Shown: positions 35,872-49,700 of the stretch, one piece after another
Layout: each line of letters begins with the position of its first letter
How positions within the stretch are numbered: the stretch's first letter is position 1
Source of the DNA: Octopus vulgaris
Lineage: Eukaryota
Direction of reading: 5' to 3'
NCBI GenBank assembly: GCA_951406725.2
Contig: OX597814.1
Location: 89,280,001 to 89,344,000, forward strand
DNA length: 64,000 bases
Notes under the pieces: model-generated
Told to the model about the DNA's origin: nothing
What the model saw: the letters and a program-made list of their open reading frames with translations, nothing else
Databases searched by the model: none
Translations under genes and position numbers: made by a program

Positions 35872-36593
35872 TATATATGTATACATACATATACATGTAT
35901 ATATATGTGTGTGTGGATGTATACATACATATATATATGTGTGTGTGTGTGTGTGTACACGTATATTATATATATGTACATGTATACATATATATATATA
36001 TATATACATGTATATATATATGTGTGTGTGTATACATATATAGATGTATATGTTTACACATATTTAAATGTATGTAATGTATGTGTATATATCTCTCTAT
36101 ATATGCATATTATAATAAAAAAAACTGCTTATTAATTTAGTTACTAAAAGAAAATTAAAATCTATGCTGTCTAGAAAATTCTTAAAAATTCCAATTTCAA
36201 TAAATTTTAATCAAAATGTGGTTTTGGGGATTATTTTATTATTGAAGACTTCAACTACATGATTCTATCAAAAAAGTTATTTTAATTCACCAGTAGATAG
36301 TCAGCTTTTTATGGGCTTTTTTCACATCATACACTGCAAGATATTTTTTCCTACTATCTCACTTTCTGTTTCTTCTTTGTTTACCACCTCCATTCCAATT
36401 AGTCATTTTTCTTTCTCTATCCTCATAATTTTCCTTCCTCTCTCTCTTATCTGCATCAATTTTTGTTTGCAACATCATACTCCCCCTTTGTCTGTGTTTT
36501 CTCTCATTTCATTTGTATCCCTTAGTCTGTTATTTCATTTAACATTTTTCATCTTACTGTGCACGTTCTGTTACTTTCACTTTCTTCCATAGC

Positions 36594-36597
<4 letters not shown>

Positions 36598-36632
<35 letters not shown>
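36598..36632. repeat. (TC)n microsatellite
   Basis: Direct reading. Confidence 0.95.
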
Positions 36633-36635
<3 letters not shown>

Positions 36636-37692
36636 CACTCTCTACTGCCTCTATTCAATTGTTCTCATTATAAATAAGTGATTACAAGGTTGGTTTTTTT
36701 TTTTAAGAACAGAATATTTGTGAAAATTTTTGCAACATATCTATTTATTATATCAAAATTACATAGAAATTTTACATTTGAAGTTTTGTTATTGTTAAGT
36801 AAAATATATTGATTTCATTTCAATTATTGATTACAATACAATAATACAATATATGTACTGTGCTATTTGTTTCTACTTTAGAATTTTTCAATACAACATG
36901 GGCTGTTAAAAAAAAATGTAATTAAAAAAGAAGGGCTAACAGCAAAGGACACATCAAAAGGGAGAGCACAATCAAAGAAAACCAAGGCAAAATTACTGAA
37001 ATACATGTCAGAATACACATGTAGGGGTGGAAAATAAGATTCTGCTTTTGCAACACACTACAGACTGGCTGGGGAATCTCAAGAAGAGAATAATTCATTC
37101 AAAACAATATGCTGAGCCAGCTTTCGGTCTGTGAAAACTGCGTTGGTAATGGATAACTGTCACCAAATGGACAGGTTATGTAGACAAATATCTCAAGTAG
37201 ATAGTAGTGAGATGTAGATAATAACAGCAGTGCAAACAAACAGGATGAAATGTAACCAAACTGAATATATACAACAGAATTAATAGGAAAACTTTCAGAG
37301 GAGGAGCGAGGTTGTCAAAGGATTAGCAATGCATGCCAACTCCATCGACTTTTCAGACAGGCTCCACTTTGTTATACATTCTAATAATCCAGGGATTAAA
37401 AAAAAAAAAGATATTCTTTGTTGACATTTGCTCACTCTGCAAAATTTACAGATGTCTGATGAATCAAAATGAAATCCTCATGTTGCTTCGAGGAGAAGGC
37501 AAAATCAAACAAACTGCAGCCTCCTTCACCAAATATTTTTGAGACACTTTTTTTCTAGGAAATACACATTCACATAACAATAAGGTAGCCTTGCTCATTA
37601 TTGTCTTCTATATATAAAAATAAGACGTCATCATCATCGTTTAACATCCGTTTTCCATGCTAGCGCATATATATATATATATATATAATATA

Positions 37693-38079
37693 CTAGCAGT
37701 ATCGCCCGGTGTTGCTTGGCTTTGTAAGGGAAATAACTATATAAGCATTTTCAGAGAGTTATAGCCAAAAAATAGCAAAAAACTGCATTAAAAATGGAAA
37801 ACAAATGATGGTAAATTTTTTTAAAAATCGTTAACTCATCGTAGACATTTTTAGAGAGTTACTTCCCTTATATAATAGCGAAAAAATGCATTAAAATGGA
37901 AAAAAATGATGGTAAATTATTTTTAAAATCGTAGACACGCCCTAATACCCAGAAGGGCTCGATATGAATCACGACTATAAGATACCCGGTTTTGGTTAAA
38001 CTGCACCACAAAATGTGGGAGTAGTTAGGAATCTAAATCGTAAGAGACAGACACACAACTTCTCTTTTATATATAAAGA
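37693..38079 (-). mobile_element. Non-autonomous Helitron
   Basis: Minus strand A|TCTTTATATATAAAAGAGAAG ... CCAAGCAACACCGGGCGATACTG-CTAG|T: TC start, GC-rich subterminal segment, CTAG end, A-T target; internal duplicated block TGCATTAAAA.TGGAAAA..ATGATGGTAAATT. Confidence 0.85.
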
Positions 38080-38239
38080 TATGCTGCCAGTAAAAATATC
38101 TGTTAATCATGCATGTACCTTCATAAATTGTACAAAGTGAAAGTCCTTTTTTAAAGTCTGTGATGTATTGTCTATATGTTGAAAGACACAGAAACATACA
38201 AACAACCAAAAAAAAAAAAGAAATACATACATACATTAC

Positions 38240-38291
<52 letters not shown>

Positions 38292-38342
38292 GTTGTATAC
38301 TGTCAACTCAATGTGACAGTCCCGTATATATATATATATATA

Positions 38343-38741
38343 GGCGCAGGAGTGGCTGTGTTGTAAGTAGCTTGCTTACCAACCACATGGTTCTGGGTTC
38401 AGTCCGACTGCATGGCACCTTGGACAAGTGCCTTCTAATATAGCCTTGGGCCGACCAAACCCTTGAGAGTGGATTTGGTGGATGGAAACTGAAAGAAGCC
38501 CGTCGTATATACGCATATGTATATATATGTGTGTTTGTGTGTCTGTGTTTGTACCCCCAACATCACTTGACAACCAATGCTGGTGTATTTACATCCTCGT
38601 AGCTTAATGGTTCGGCAAAAGAGACCGATAGAATAAGGACTAGGCTTACAAAAATAAGTCCTGGGGTCGATTTGCTCGACTAAAGGCAGTGCTCCAGCAT
38701 GGCCGCAGTCAAATGACTGAAACAAGTAAAAGAGTAAAGAG
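38343..38741 (+). mobile_element. Intact tRNA-derived SINE with internal TA/TG tract
   Basis: GGCGCAGGAGTGGCTGTG..GTAAG A-box, GGTTCAGTCC B-box, CCTTGGACAAGT, tail GACTGAAACAAGTAAAAGAGTAAAGAG. Confidence 0.9.
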
Positions 38742-40137
38742 TATATATATATATATATATATATATATACAACCTTTTTTTGAAGTCTGTGCTGTGTCGT
38801 ACTGAGAGGCTTGCACTTAAAATTCCTTCATTTTTAATAAAACTTGTTAGTTACTATGGTAATAACACTACCTATCTATCTATCTTTCAGACACACACAC
38901 TCATTCTCTCTCTCTCTCTCACTGTATTTCTCTTGCAACAACTCTTTCTTCTTCTCTTCTTCTAAAAGTACGTTGTTATGTATGTTTTGATTCACCCCTA
39001 TTTTTCTCTCCCTCTAATAGATGACAGACAGGGATCTGCTTCCCTTTTATAATATAAGATTAACAATACCAATTGAAAAGAATTGCCTCAATTATCAAGT
39101 AATCCGCTGAAAAGTGCTAGTAATTGCCTCCATTTTGCATAAGAATATACGAGGTTACATGAGACTATGTGTGACTTGAATATGAATACACCGATGACAG
39201 GAGGTAATGTTTGGAGATGTTTTAATTGTTATTTCCCTTACAATAGCCTTGGATTTTTGCAAGAACATTCATGCATCCCATAGTTATAAATATATGTACG
39301 TTTTGTTGATGTATGTGTATGGGATACCCAACATATGATAATATGCACATGCACATATATCAATAAATTACATGCTGGGTACATATATATCTATATATGG
39401 GTATGCATGAACGTTCTTGCATAATGGGTGCTACTTTGGCGTGTGATCCACAAGGGAGATTACTGTAGGACATACTTAGCATTGTAAATGTATTTTTTCA
39501 AAATTCTTACTATTTTAATAACAAGAAAACCATGTTTCATTTTGTCTTAGTAAATAGTAATAAGAAGTCAAGAATAAAGAATGTAATTAAAATGAGTACG
39601 TAGATCACCCACCAAAGTAAATTTGCTCATGTAGATCACATGGCAAAATAGCACTAATGCAAAGTAAACTAAGAAGTAACCTAAAGTAATCTCCCTTTAA
39701 ATTGCAGAGCACATGCTAAAGTGGCACTGCATAAGGTAATTAATCTATGTACAAGAAAATTTTAGGACCCAATGCAAAGGAAGTAACAATTAAGAAATCC
39801 TAAAAAGTCACCTCCCTTGAGCTGTGTATTTTTATTGAAGTCTCACATAGTTTTATGTAAGCTTATGTATTTTGATTCAAAATGGAGGCAGGATCACTTG
39901 AAAGCTGGAAATTCTTTCCACATGAAACTTGGTGGTATTGTCAATTCACAAATATAGACTATCTCTCCACCAAATGCAGTGTTGAGCACTTGTTTTTACT
40001 GTTTGATACTATTATGTGTGTATACACACACACACATGTATATATATATATATATATATATATACTTGGAAAAGGATGCGTGGCATTCAATCATATAATG
40101 ATATAAATAATATATAGATATATGCATATATACATAC

Positions 40138-40481
40138 ATATATGTACATACCTACATCTATATGTATATATACATGCATATATGGGTACAGGACATCAAA
40201 GAAACGTTGAACACAATGAGAAACGAAAACACAAAAACAAAAACATGGAAATGAACTTTTTTTCAAACAACGAAAAAACAGAGTACAAGGAGTAGACGAA
40301 AGAGGGACAACTGAAGAAGGGGAATATTCCTTGTGTTGTATGTCTTGTACTCTGTTTTTTTGTTGTTTGAAAAAAGTTTGTTTCCATGTTTTTGTTTCTC
40401 ATTGTGTTCAACGATTTTTTGATGTCCTGTAACCATATATGCATATATATATGCATATAGATGTAGGTATGTACATATATA
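40138..40481. repeat. Foldback element with ~140-bp arms, probably Penelope-derived
   Basis: ATATGTACATACCTACATCTATATG...CAGAGTACAAG mirrored by CTTGTACTCTG...CATATAGATGTAGGTATGTACATAT; spacer contains CTGAAGAAGGGG. Confidence 0.85.
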
Positions 40482-42167
40482 CATTATTTATATTATATAT
40501 ATATATATATATATACATATATACACACACACACACATATCTATGCATGTGTGTGTGTGCATACGCATACACACAGATAGATACATACATACATGCATAC
40601 ACAAATTAAATAGATAGATTGGCTGAATAAAGTGAAGGAAAACTATTTAGAAAACTATTCAGATAATTTTATGCAGATGAGATACATTAATAACCTACTT
40701 GCCACCACATCCAACAGCATCTAAGCATATGGAAATGACATGGACCTTCATTCTCCAACTATGCACCATCCACCATCTACACACATCTAGACATCACACA
40801 CCAACCTACTTTGACTCCATGAATGGAGACCTTGAATGAATTCTTCATTGAGGTTGTGACAGTTTTGTCTATTTTAGCACAAGAAAAATAATTAAAAAAT
40901 TCAAACACTATTCATATTAAGAAAAAAAAAACACTGCCCTACCCCTCTAAATATGAGTGGCACTTGGCTAGAGCCCTCACAAAAGTGCTGGGCTCACTCA
41001 AGATCTCTCCTGAGGAAACCTTATCCTCAGCATAGCTAGAATCGCATTCTGAATGCTATTTCTCCCCAGGGTCAGAAAATATGTTAGTCCTTAACAACCA
41101 CTGACACTTTATGAGGTTCAATTAAGGATCACAATGGAATACTGCTCTACTATCTGAGACAGTGTTTCTGCTGTGCTTAGAGACATCCTGGGCCACATCT
41201 CGAGAAGGGCCTCTCAACTGATTGGCATTAAATTATTAATGGAACATTATAGCCTCTGACACACAGGTGTGCTGTCTCTTCACTGTGTCTCATCTATCAC
41301 AAGTATAATGGCCTCTGGTTCTCAGAGAATGTTGCTCTCATATATATGTTCATTACTTAGATACCTCCAACTCACTTGTCTTTCCACCTTTCATCACTCT
41401 TGTCTCACTCCATCACCACCCCAGCCCCTTGTCACCAGCAGTAACCACTGGCTCAGTATTTCTTCCCCCAGGACATTGGTCATCCAGAATCTTTTCCCGG
41501 CTCATGTCTTTCTTACAAGTGCTGACCTACAACAGTTTAAATGGAACATTATCAGCATCAAACTCACAAATCTCAGAGGGTTTGCACATGTGTACTCTTC
41601 TTTCCTCCAAACTCAGTAAGCAAAGTTGATTTTTAACAATGTTCAATGTATTATAATTTTGTAATTACAGACAGATATTACTAAATGTTTATAAATTCCA
41701 GCAGACAATATCTAATTATGTTTTTGCCTCTGTTAAAAAAAGCATAATACTTGAAACTTCCAGCCATATATTTATAATTTGCATATAAACAAACATTATT
41801 TGTTACAGTATGTATACATGAAAAATTTGTAAATCAAAAACAAAAAAAATCTAATAAAAATATACATAAATACATATATACATGAATATATAAATAGATA
41901 CATTATCTGTAATAATAATGCAAAAAGAGATACAAGTTCAATCACAACCAAATTTCAACTTTACAACTACATCATACTTAACTACAAAAAATAGCCAAAT
42001 GATTGCCTTTAAAGTACACCAAGTAGTGAAACTCATGCATATAGTTTACTAATATACATGCCTTCTGCTAACAATAAAACATCTTAAAAAAAGAAAAATG
42101 AAATTTGTTTTTCATACAACAAATAAATCAGTGATAAAGCAAGGATAAATTTTTCATTGACTGATTT

Positions 42168-42560
42168 ACTCTTTTACTCTTTTACTTGTTTCAGTCATTT
42201 GACTGCGGCCATGCTGGAGCACCACCTTTAGTCAAGCAAATCAACCCCGGGACTTATTCTATCGGTCTCTTTTGCTGAACGGCTAAGTGACGGGGATGTA
42301 AACACACCAGCATCGGTTGTCAAGCAATGCTAGGGGGACAAACACAGACACACAAATACACACACTCATACATATATATATATATACATATATATATACG
42401 ACAGGCTTCTTTCGGTTTCCGTCTACCAAATCCACTCACAAGGCATTGGTCAGCCCGGGGCTATAGCAGAAGACACTTGCCCAAGATGCCACGCAGTGGG
42501 ACTGAACCCGGAACAATGTGGTTGGTTAGCAAGCTACTTACCACACAGCCACTCCTGCGC
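42168..42560 (-). mobile_element. tRNA-derived SINE, same family as 38343-38741
   Basis: Reverse complement match including ACCACACAGCCACTCCTGCGCC head. Confidence 0.9.
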
Positions 42561-43702
42561 CTGAACATTTTTTTTTTGTTTTTTGTTTTCCCTAATTTAT
42601 GACAGGAAATCAGTTGCTATATTAACCCATTTGTTACTTTTGTTTCTGTACTTCTTTTGAAATGCACTGCCTTGTTTCAGTTGATTTTGAAAATAAAGAA
42701 TTCAGTAAAGTACTTGTGTCATTATTAAGCTGATGCATAAATTGGCATGAAATTTTGATGAAAGGTTTAAATTTAAATCCTATCAAAGAATCAGAGGTAG
42801 TCTACAACAAATTTGTCTCAAAAGAGTTAATATTACAAAGCACTCTTTTTAACCTTTTAGCATTTAAACCGACCAGATCCAGCCCAAATATTCTACCTGT
42901 TTCATACTGCAAGAGGCCAGATCAACCTCTTAGACCTACTCTACAATGTCATTCTAAATCATCATTGAAATCTTGAAGCTATGAGATAATAATGCATGGT
43001 TAATTGAAAACAGTGTGAATAAGTAAATAATCATTTCATTCAACAGGGTAATCTGATTGCTAAAAGGTTAAAATACAATATAAGTCACTGATTCCCCATT
43101 TCATCCTTCATCACTCTCACTCACCAAATTTTATAACTGTTTTACTTCAACAGAATATTTATATCCCCAAACCTGTTTCTTTTGCCTATTTTCAAAGCTC
43201 TCCTCTCTACAAGATATCGTTTCTCCAAATCCGCCACTCAATTTTCATAGCTGTTTTAGCTTAGCAAAGTTCAGAAGTAACATTTCTTAAATAGAATTTA
43301 GTGCTTTCCTTTTGCCTTTCTATCTCTTTAACTATTATAACTATCTTTAAATAATACTAGGATCTGCTCCACACTTCACTCCCCCCTCTCTCTCTTGCCC
43401 TCTCTCCCCACCTCTCTCTCTCTCCCTGTAAATAACAATTTTGTTTACTTTACAAGCAGTGTTAAGTTATTCATTCCCTAATTAATGAAGGGTTTACACC
43501 CTTGTTACAGTTTCTCCAGTTTGCAAAATGGAGAATCACAATTTAAATCTATCACACAATGGTCAGAAGACTAAATCAGATGTTTGTAAAAAGTCAATAA
43601 ATTGTTCAACACTCAAGCTACCCATTGGTGAAGGAAATGAAATATGTTGCTCAATGATATCCCAATTTTTTTCACAACGCTGTTTTTGTATGAGAAGAGA
43701 AA

Positions 43703-43910
43703 CTACATAGTTCTTACTCTTTTCATACTCAAAGTCTGAACTCCAGTAGACTGGTGAGTTTCTTTAGGTTCGGGCTGTTCTTCACTTGAACTGTCAGATT
43801 CCACATGTCCAAGAACAGGTTGACTAGCGCGAGGAACAAAGCCAATGTCCCCTAGGTTGTAGTGAGCTGGTGGAATATCTCTTCCCTTTAGTTGAATAGG
43901 TGGCAAATTT
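43703..43910 (-). CDS. CFAP157: CFAP157 probable last coding exon (or penultimate)
   Basis: TTTTCAAG|A acceptor fits phase 2; NLPPIQLKGRDIPPAHYNLGDIGFVPR...; TAG at 43705-43703; alternative donors lie just before the stop. Confidence 0.72.
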
Positions 43911-44767
43911 CTTGAAAATAATAAACAACAGAATTATTAGCAATGGACATTCGGTCATTTGTTCATGCATTCATACATACATATCAAACATTTAAGCTAA
44001 ACTTTAGATGGATTTGTTTACAAACCAATATAATATGCACTTGTGAAACATGCCAAGGGGAAACAAATACTGACTCAACAGTTAAAAGTGGTACTGAATG
44101 AAAGAAAAAATCCAGCCATCCATCATCATTCACTTTTTGATGCTTGCATGGGTCAGATGAAATTGGTTGAGGAAAATTTTCTACAGCAGGATGCTGTTCC
44201 TGTCACCAACACTCACCAGTTTCCAAGTAAGATAAATTTTCCCTGTGGGTGGACATGTTTCCATGGAAGCCTAGAAACAAAAGACTTGTATGATGGGGAT
44301 ACTAATTTACAACAGTCACACAATGTCAAGACAAGAAGACACCAATTCACACACAGACAAGCGCGCGTGCACACACACACACATGCGCATATGAGGATTG
44401 GTTTTCATTTCAAATGCTATCTTGTAAACATAACTTTATTCTCATTTTATCTTTTCTTATTAGGTTTTTACAAATTTTCATATGAAATCCTTAGTCTGTT
44501 TGAAACACTTGAGTGTCATTGATAAAACACAACTACTTGGAAGGTTCAAAGTACATCATCTTTGGTATGGTCTAATACCTAGACTGAAATGGCTATTTTT
44601 ACTTTGTGACTTTGCCATAACTCAGGTAAAGGCAATGGAGAAGCTGTGCAACAAATTCACGTGACGGTGGCTGGTATACCATATCATCCACTACTTAATT
44701 AGTAGATGGTATAGTATTATAAAACACACAAATCTACCAACCCATACATACAGAAATTTCAACTTAC

Positions 44768-44961
44768 ATTATTTTCCTCTTCTCTTGCGTTCTAGGTACA
44801 TCAGTTTGTGGAGAACGTGATCGATTTAAGTCAGCAATTCCTGGTCCTAATCCAAGAACTCGGGCTGTATTTAATATCATGAGCAAATGTTGCAACATAT
44901 TATCTCGTTGAGTTCCTATCAATTCTTGTGACTCTGATGTGTTATCATCTGCATCTAAAGA
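44768..44961 (-). CDS. CFAP157: CFAP157 coding exon
   Basis: TTTTGCAG|TCT acceptor; SLDADDN...QRDNMLQHLLMILNTARVLGLGP...KRKI; donor AT|GTAAGT; 194 nt, phase 0 to 2. Confidence 0.85.
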
Positions 44962-45088
44962 CTGCAAAATAATTGAATTTGATAGTAGTAAATTAAATAT
45001 ATTTCTTTGAAAGACTAAAGTTTTTTCAATATTCATTAGGTTAGGAAATTCGCTTAAAAATACGTAAAATAAGTGCAAAACTTTTTAA

Positions 45089-47306
45089 CCCTCTCAGGCC
45101 TGGGCGCTGGGTTCCTGTGTCTAACTTTACTCCCTACCTGGTCTCCTGAACAAAAGAAAATAAATAGTTGTATACACAGCCTAAGAGTAATGATTGCAGG
45201 CAAACTAATGGACAGAATCATTAAAAAAAATTTAGTAGAATAACAATAATAGGCCTAACTCTCAACAACCACCAGTATTCTACCTTAGTATACCAGTCGG
45301 CCCACCATGTTGATCCTTGTTTGATGCATAAATGCTTTTTCCAGTGGCTGCACCACAGTGCTGTCTTTGCCATCTTCTCTGGGATGTCTTTATAAGCTAC
45401 CTCAGGGCTACTCCTTTTCTATCTCTGGTGTTTGCAGATGCTTCAACAGGTGCTTCTGAAAAGAGAGACCCTTGGATATGGTGTAGGTCACATGACTCTT
45501 TTCATGTGCACAAACAAGCAGATGAGAGATAATTTCCAATGAGGGTTAGACAAAGTTCCTGAAGTTACCAAATGTTGCCTTTTAGCATTGAAAAGAATGA
45601 ATGAATTATATAACAAGCTCACATGAAGAATTTTATAAACAGACGCCTTGGCCACCTGCAAAGCTTGCTACTGTGGTTTAGATGGATCATCTGGTCATTT
45701 TTATCACATCTACACATAAATTAGTTGTAGTCTTTCACAAGTTTGGGCATTAGTATTTCTGATACAGAGCCATGCTTATTTCTTCTGCTGGTTGTTACAA
45801 AATCTGGGATATCATAATTTTATATCTGAAGAATCGGCTTTCTTTCCTGCCAACCATGCATACCACACTCCTATGACACAGATATTAGAAATTTCCCCCA
45901 CTGGAATAGCTTCTCTACTTTTAGGGATTTTGGGACATGTTTCTAATTCAGCATTGACTTTCCCACAACTCCCATGTAGATTTAATTCATAGCATATTTT
46001 GACAGGAAAACTAAGTTGTGGTACCCGTCCATCACAAGGACATATGATTTATTTTCCAATTCAGATTATATGAATTAGTTGTATGAAAGTATTCCCACCC
46101 AAACCAAGTTTTTTGTCAATGATTTCTCATACCTCACTGTAAATTTCTGCATTCATCACATAACCAGTCTCAGTTTTACACAATGAAAAAGGTTTTATTC
46201 CCCATTTTGTAGGTTTATCCATTATATACTGTTTGAGTGCACTTTAGATTTTATAGAGGGAGTCATCCCCCTCATCCAGGCTGAGATGCTTATGTGGTTT
46301 GTAGTAATATCAACATTTCTGCACGAAATTGGTTAGTATTGGTCTTACTTAATAAATTCTGTCAGTCTTGTCAATTGCCAGACCTTCTTCATCAATAACA
46401 TACAGAAATGTTCAAATTGCACAAAACTGATCACAAGTCACGATGCTACAAAAACCAGGAGTATTACCTAAAATGTCAGCACTGTCGTTTGACCAATAGT
46501 CCCTGTTACTAGGTTTCACACACAAATACTCCATATACAACTTTATCACTATAAAAACTTTTATTTCTTCTACCGAAACATTTTTGAAAGGTTTTAGCAC
46601 ATGAATTAGGCTTATTCCTGTGAACCTGGCTTGCATGTAGTGTTGTCATCCTTACCAAATTATCCCAAAATCCATCATCTGCAAACAGGCTGAGAAAATC
46701 AATGCCCTGACTGTCATTTGTTATGAACTCAGGAATGTTTTGTGGGCTTAAATAATTTTTGCTAAACTGTAGACCAACACAAAGCACAGTAAATGTGTCT
46801 ACTCAACCTTCATCTAGATTTACATAATCTTCACCACCCTTATTAGTATCAGCTGTGTGAGGGCCACTCCCAATTTCTTCACCTGAATCACTACTTTCCT
46901 TGTCGCTTTCAGCAGTTTCATTCTCCGAATTACTTTCACTGTTTGCATAAGGGTTAAACTTGAGGAAATTCTTGCTCACCTTCGTTCAAAGCATAAATAT
47001 CATCAATAATTCCTAACTGTAAAAAGTTTAGGCCTTGCTTGTTTACCAAAGTGGTGAGTTCACCACATACTCATTTCATCACAAAAAAAAAATCCCTTTT
47101 TTTTTCCAGTTAAAAACAGAAGTAAACAACAGCAACGGGGTGAGGCAATTAACAATGAGTCATAAACATACGTGACTACAAATCAATTGCCTTTTTAGTA
47201 TTCTATCTTCTTTTTCTACATGTGTTATTCCTTAGCACTTAATGGGAATCAGGTAGAGATTATGTTTAGGCTATTCACACTATAACAGGAACACAGCATG
47301 ACAGGG
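45089..47306 (-). mobile_element. Full-length decayed piggyBac (PGBD4-like transposase pseudogene)
   Basis: TTAA-CCCTCTCAGGC ... GCATGACAGGG-TTAA; fragments YKPHKHLSLDEGM, KQYIMDKPTKWGIK.FSLC.TETGYV.N.EIY. Confidence 0.87.
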
Positions 47307-47619
47307 TTAAGAACTTGTTGAGTTTAGAGTAGTTTGTGTGTGTGTGGGGGGGGAGGCTCATTCTTCCTGTTAAAGTGTTGGGTGGGTTTGACTTCTGCTT
47401 CTTGTATGTGTACAACTTCGGTGACCTTTCTTAGTGTTGGATTAATATGAGTGTATGAAAATGGAAAAGGAGGGAAAAAAAAGACCTTACTTCATGAAAA
47501 AGAAAATATCCTTACATCACCAGAATGGAAAATGCTCTTCTATGCATTTTAAGCAAGAATGCTGATAAATAAAAGGGATCTATAACCTCTCTATTAAAAG
47601 CCATGGAAAGCATATAATG

Positions 47620-48060
47620 AAGCAGAATTGAGTAACTGTAGAATATGAGATGATGAAGAAGCAATTAACATTATTACTGGATGCTCAGTCTTAGTCAAGA
47701 AAGAATGCATCCACAGACATGATAAAGTTTGGACTTACACTGAAAGTTATGCCAGAATTATGAGATACTAACAGGAAAGAGATGGTATACATGTACAGTT
47801 GAAAAGGTCACAAAGCCACATACCTCAGGATGTGCCAATACAAATAGACAGGGAGATCAAGGCTAACCAACCAGATATTGTTACCAAGCACAAGAATAAT
47901 AAATGACTCCTAATCAATATATCAGTCCCAACAGATGATAATGTATCTCTAAAAATGTTAGAGGAATTAACCTGGAAATAGAGATAACCTGACTGTGGGG
48001 GCCTGTAAACAGAAACAATTCATATAATAATAGGTGCTTTGGGAATGATCAAATACCAAT
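47620..48060 (+). mobile_element. Decayed R4/Dong-like LINE fragment (zinc knuckle and RLE endonuclease)
   Basis: NCRI*DDEEAINIITGCSVLVKKECIHRHDKV; DREIKANQPDIV; LINISVP.D; IIIGALGMIK. Confidence 0.8.
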
Positions 48061-49113
48061 ATAGCACACAGGTCTGCCATTGAGTGGTAGCTTTAAAAGA
48101 GAATAAATTGTCCAGCCACATAAGAGTAAAGTTACAGATGAAGCCACTGCAATAGTATTCTACTTGAGTGAACAAACTTCTTGCCAGAATCAAGTTAGTC
48201 AAAATAGTTTTGCTTTTTCTACCAGAAGCATCAAAGAGAGTTATTCCACTCAAATCAGATGTCACCAATTGTTTGATCTTAATTTAAGCTTTCTTTTTAT
48301 CTAGAACTAAGAGTAGCTCCTTTTGAGGGGCATACAGTTCTAATTGCTAAATGTTGATGGTTAAATGGTTGCCTAAAAAAATTAAGAATTGCAGCTGCAT
48401 TGCATACTGTTTATGATCATTGCCAGCCATGGACTGTGTAATATTTTTGATGTAAACTAGAACTTGGACTAGTTCTTACATGGTACATGTAAGCTCTAAG
48501 GGTTTTTTAAACTCTTGTTATGCTTCTGTCACATTGAGAACTGGATAATGGACAGGCACAAAAATATTTAGGTAAAGCAGCTCCTTAACTTGCTAGGAGA
48601 ATGTGAGACTGCAGCCTTTTTTTTTTATCAAGTATTGTTCCAGTCTGAATCATCTTACAAGAGATATCTTTTCTGGTAAGTTTCATTGCATGTTCCACAG
48701 ACATATCAAATAACTGTTTTTGAAGGTCTTGAAATGAGGTTATGCAGAAGCTGTCTGAGATTTAAATATATCATTAAAATACCTCATTTAAAAATCATAT
48801 CTTCACGAAGTTAGTACGTGGTTTCAAATACTACAGAAAATAGGAAATAGCTTATTTTTCCTTTGTTTTACATGTATATAATGATATTAAATCATGTTTA
48901 CTTAATGTGCTTTAACTTGATGTTCTGCTTCATAATGTCCTTACCCATGATCCATCATTTTGCTTTCCTCTGCTTCTCCCCACCACTTCCACAAATCTTG
49001 CAAAAAGGTTAAGGGTATTACCATTTTTCCTCTGATGAGGACAAAACCACAAAAAAGAAAATATGAAAACTAAGGATAAGAGTTGTTCTCTGATTGGAGC
49101 TCTTAGCCAAATA

Positions 49114-49329
49114 TGAGAGGGTGCTGGAAAATTCCTGGCTTTAAGGGAATCACGAAAGGCCTGGCTGGAGGCCCAAAATTCTGAGTTCTTTTTTAGGGCT
49201 TAGAAAAACTGAAGGACCACTGCAATAACTATATAAATCTGAGAGGGGAGTATGTTGAATAAAATCATAATTAACTGATCCTCCTAGTATTTTCTTTTAC
49301 TCAAAGCCAGGAACTTTTCAGTACCACTC
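49114..49329. mobile_element. Mariner-type MITE
   Basis: TA-TGAGAGGGTGCTGGAAAATTCCTGGCTTT mirrored by AAAGCCAGGAACTTTTCAGTACCACTCA. Confidence 0.8.
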
Positions 49330-49549
49330 ACACTCTCAACAGAGAGAACTCTGTTAAAGAGATGTTGCTCATGTCTAACAGGGCTACATTTACAGTCCAT
49401 TCAATGTGATTCTACACAGTTTCCATCAACCTAATTTAACTCAGAAGGCTTAGGTGGACACAAAGACATTTGTTCATGATTTCAAACTGAACTTCATAAG
49501 CCACACAGAAATACTCTGAATATATAGTTAAAGAACTTTCCAAATTTAC

Positions 49550-49700
49550 CAAGAGGTAATCCTTTATAGCAGTTGAAGCATCTTGAAGGATTTGCAATAT
49601 CATAGAATTCTCTTCTCTGATATCATCAAATTTCGTCTCTGTATCACGCAACTTTTCAGTCAATTCTTTTGAATTATGTAAAGCAGTTCGAATAGTTTCC
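49550..49700 (-). CDS. CFAP157: CFAP157 coding exon
   Basis: TTTTTCAG|G acceptor; ETIRTALHNSKELTEKLRDTE...ILQDASTAIKDYLL coiled coil; donor TTG|GTAAAT; 151 nt, phase 2 to 0. Confidence 0.85.

Noticed and set aside
40700-41630. More GC-balanced stretch with 116- and 66-aa ORFs
   Set aside because: No recognisable motif or consistent splice pattern; probably an old LINE remnant that I cannot assign
49032-49060. CTGATGAG hammerhead-like seed (also at 15966)
   Set aside because: No stem II closed by GAAA and no stem I or III
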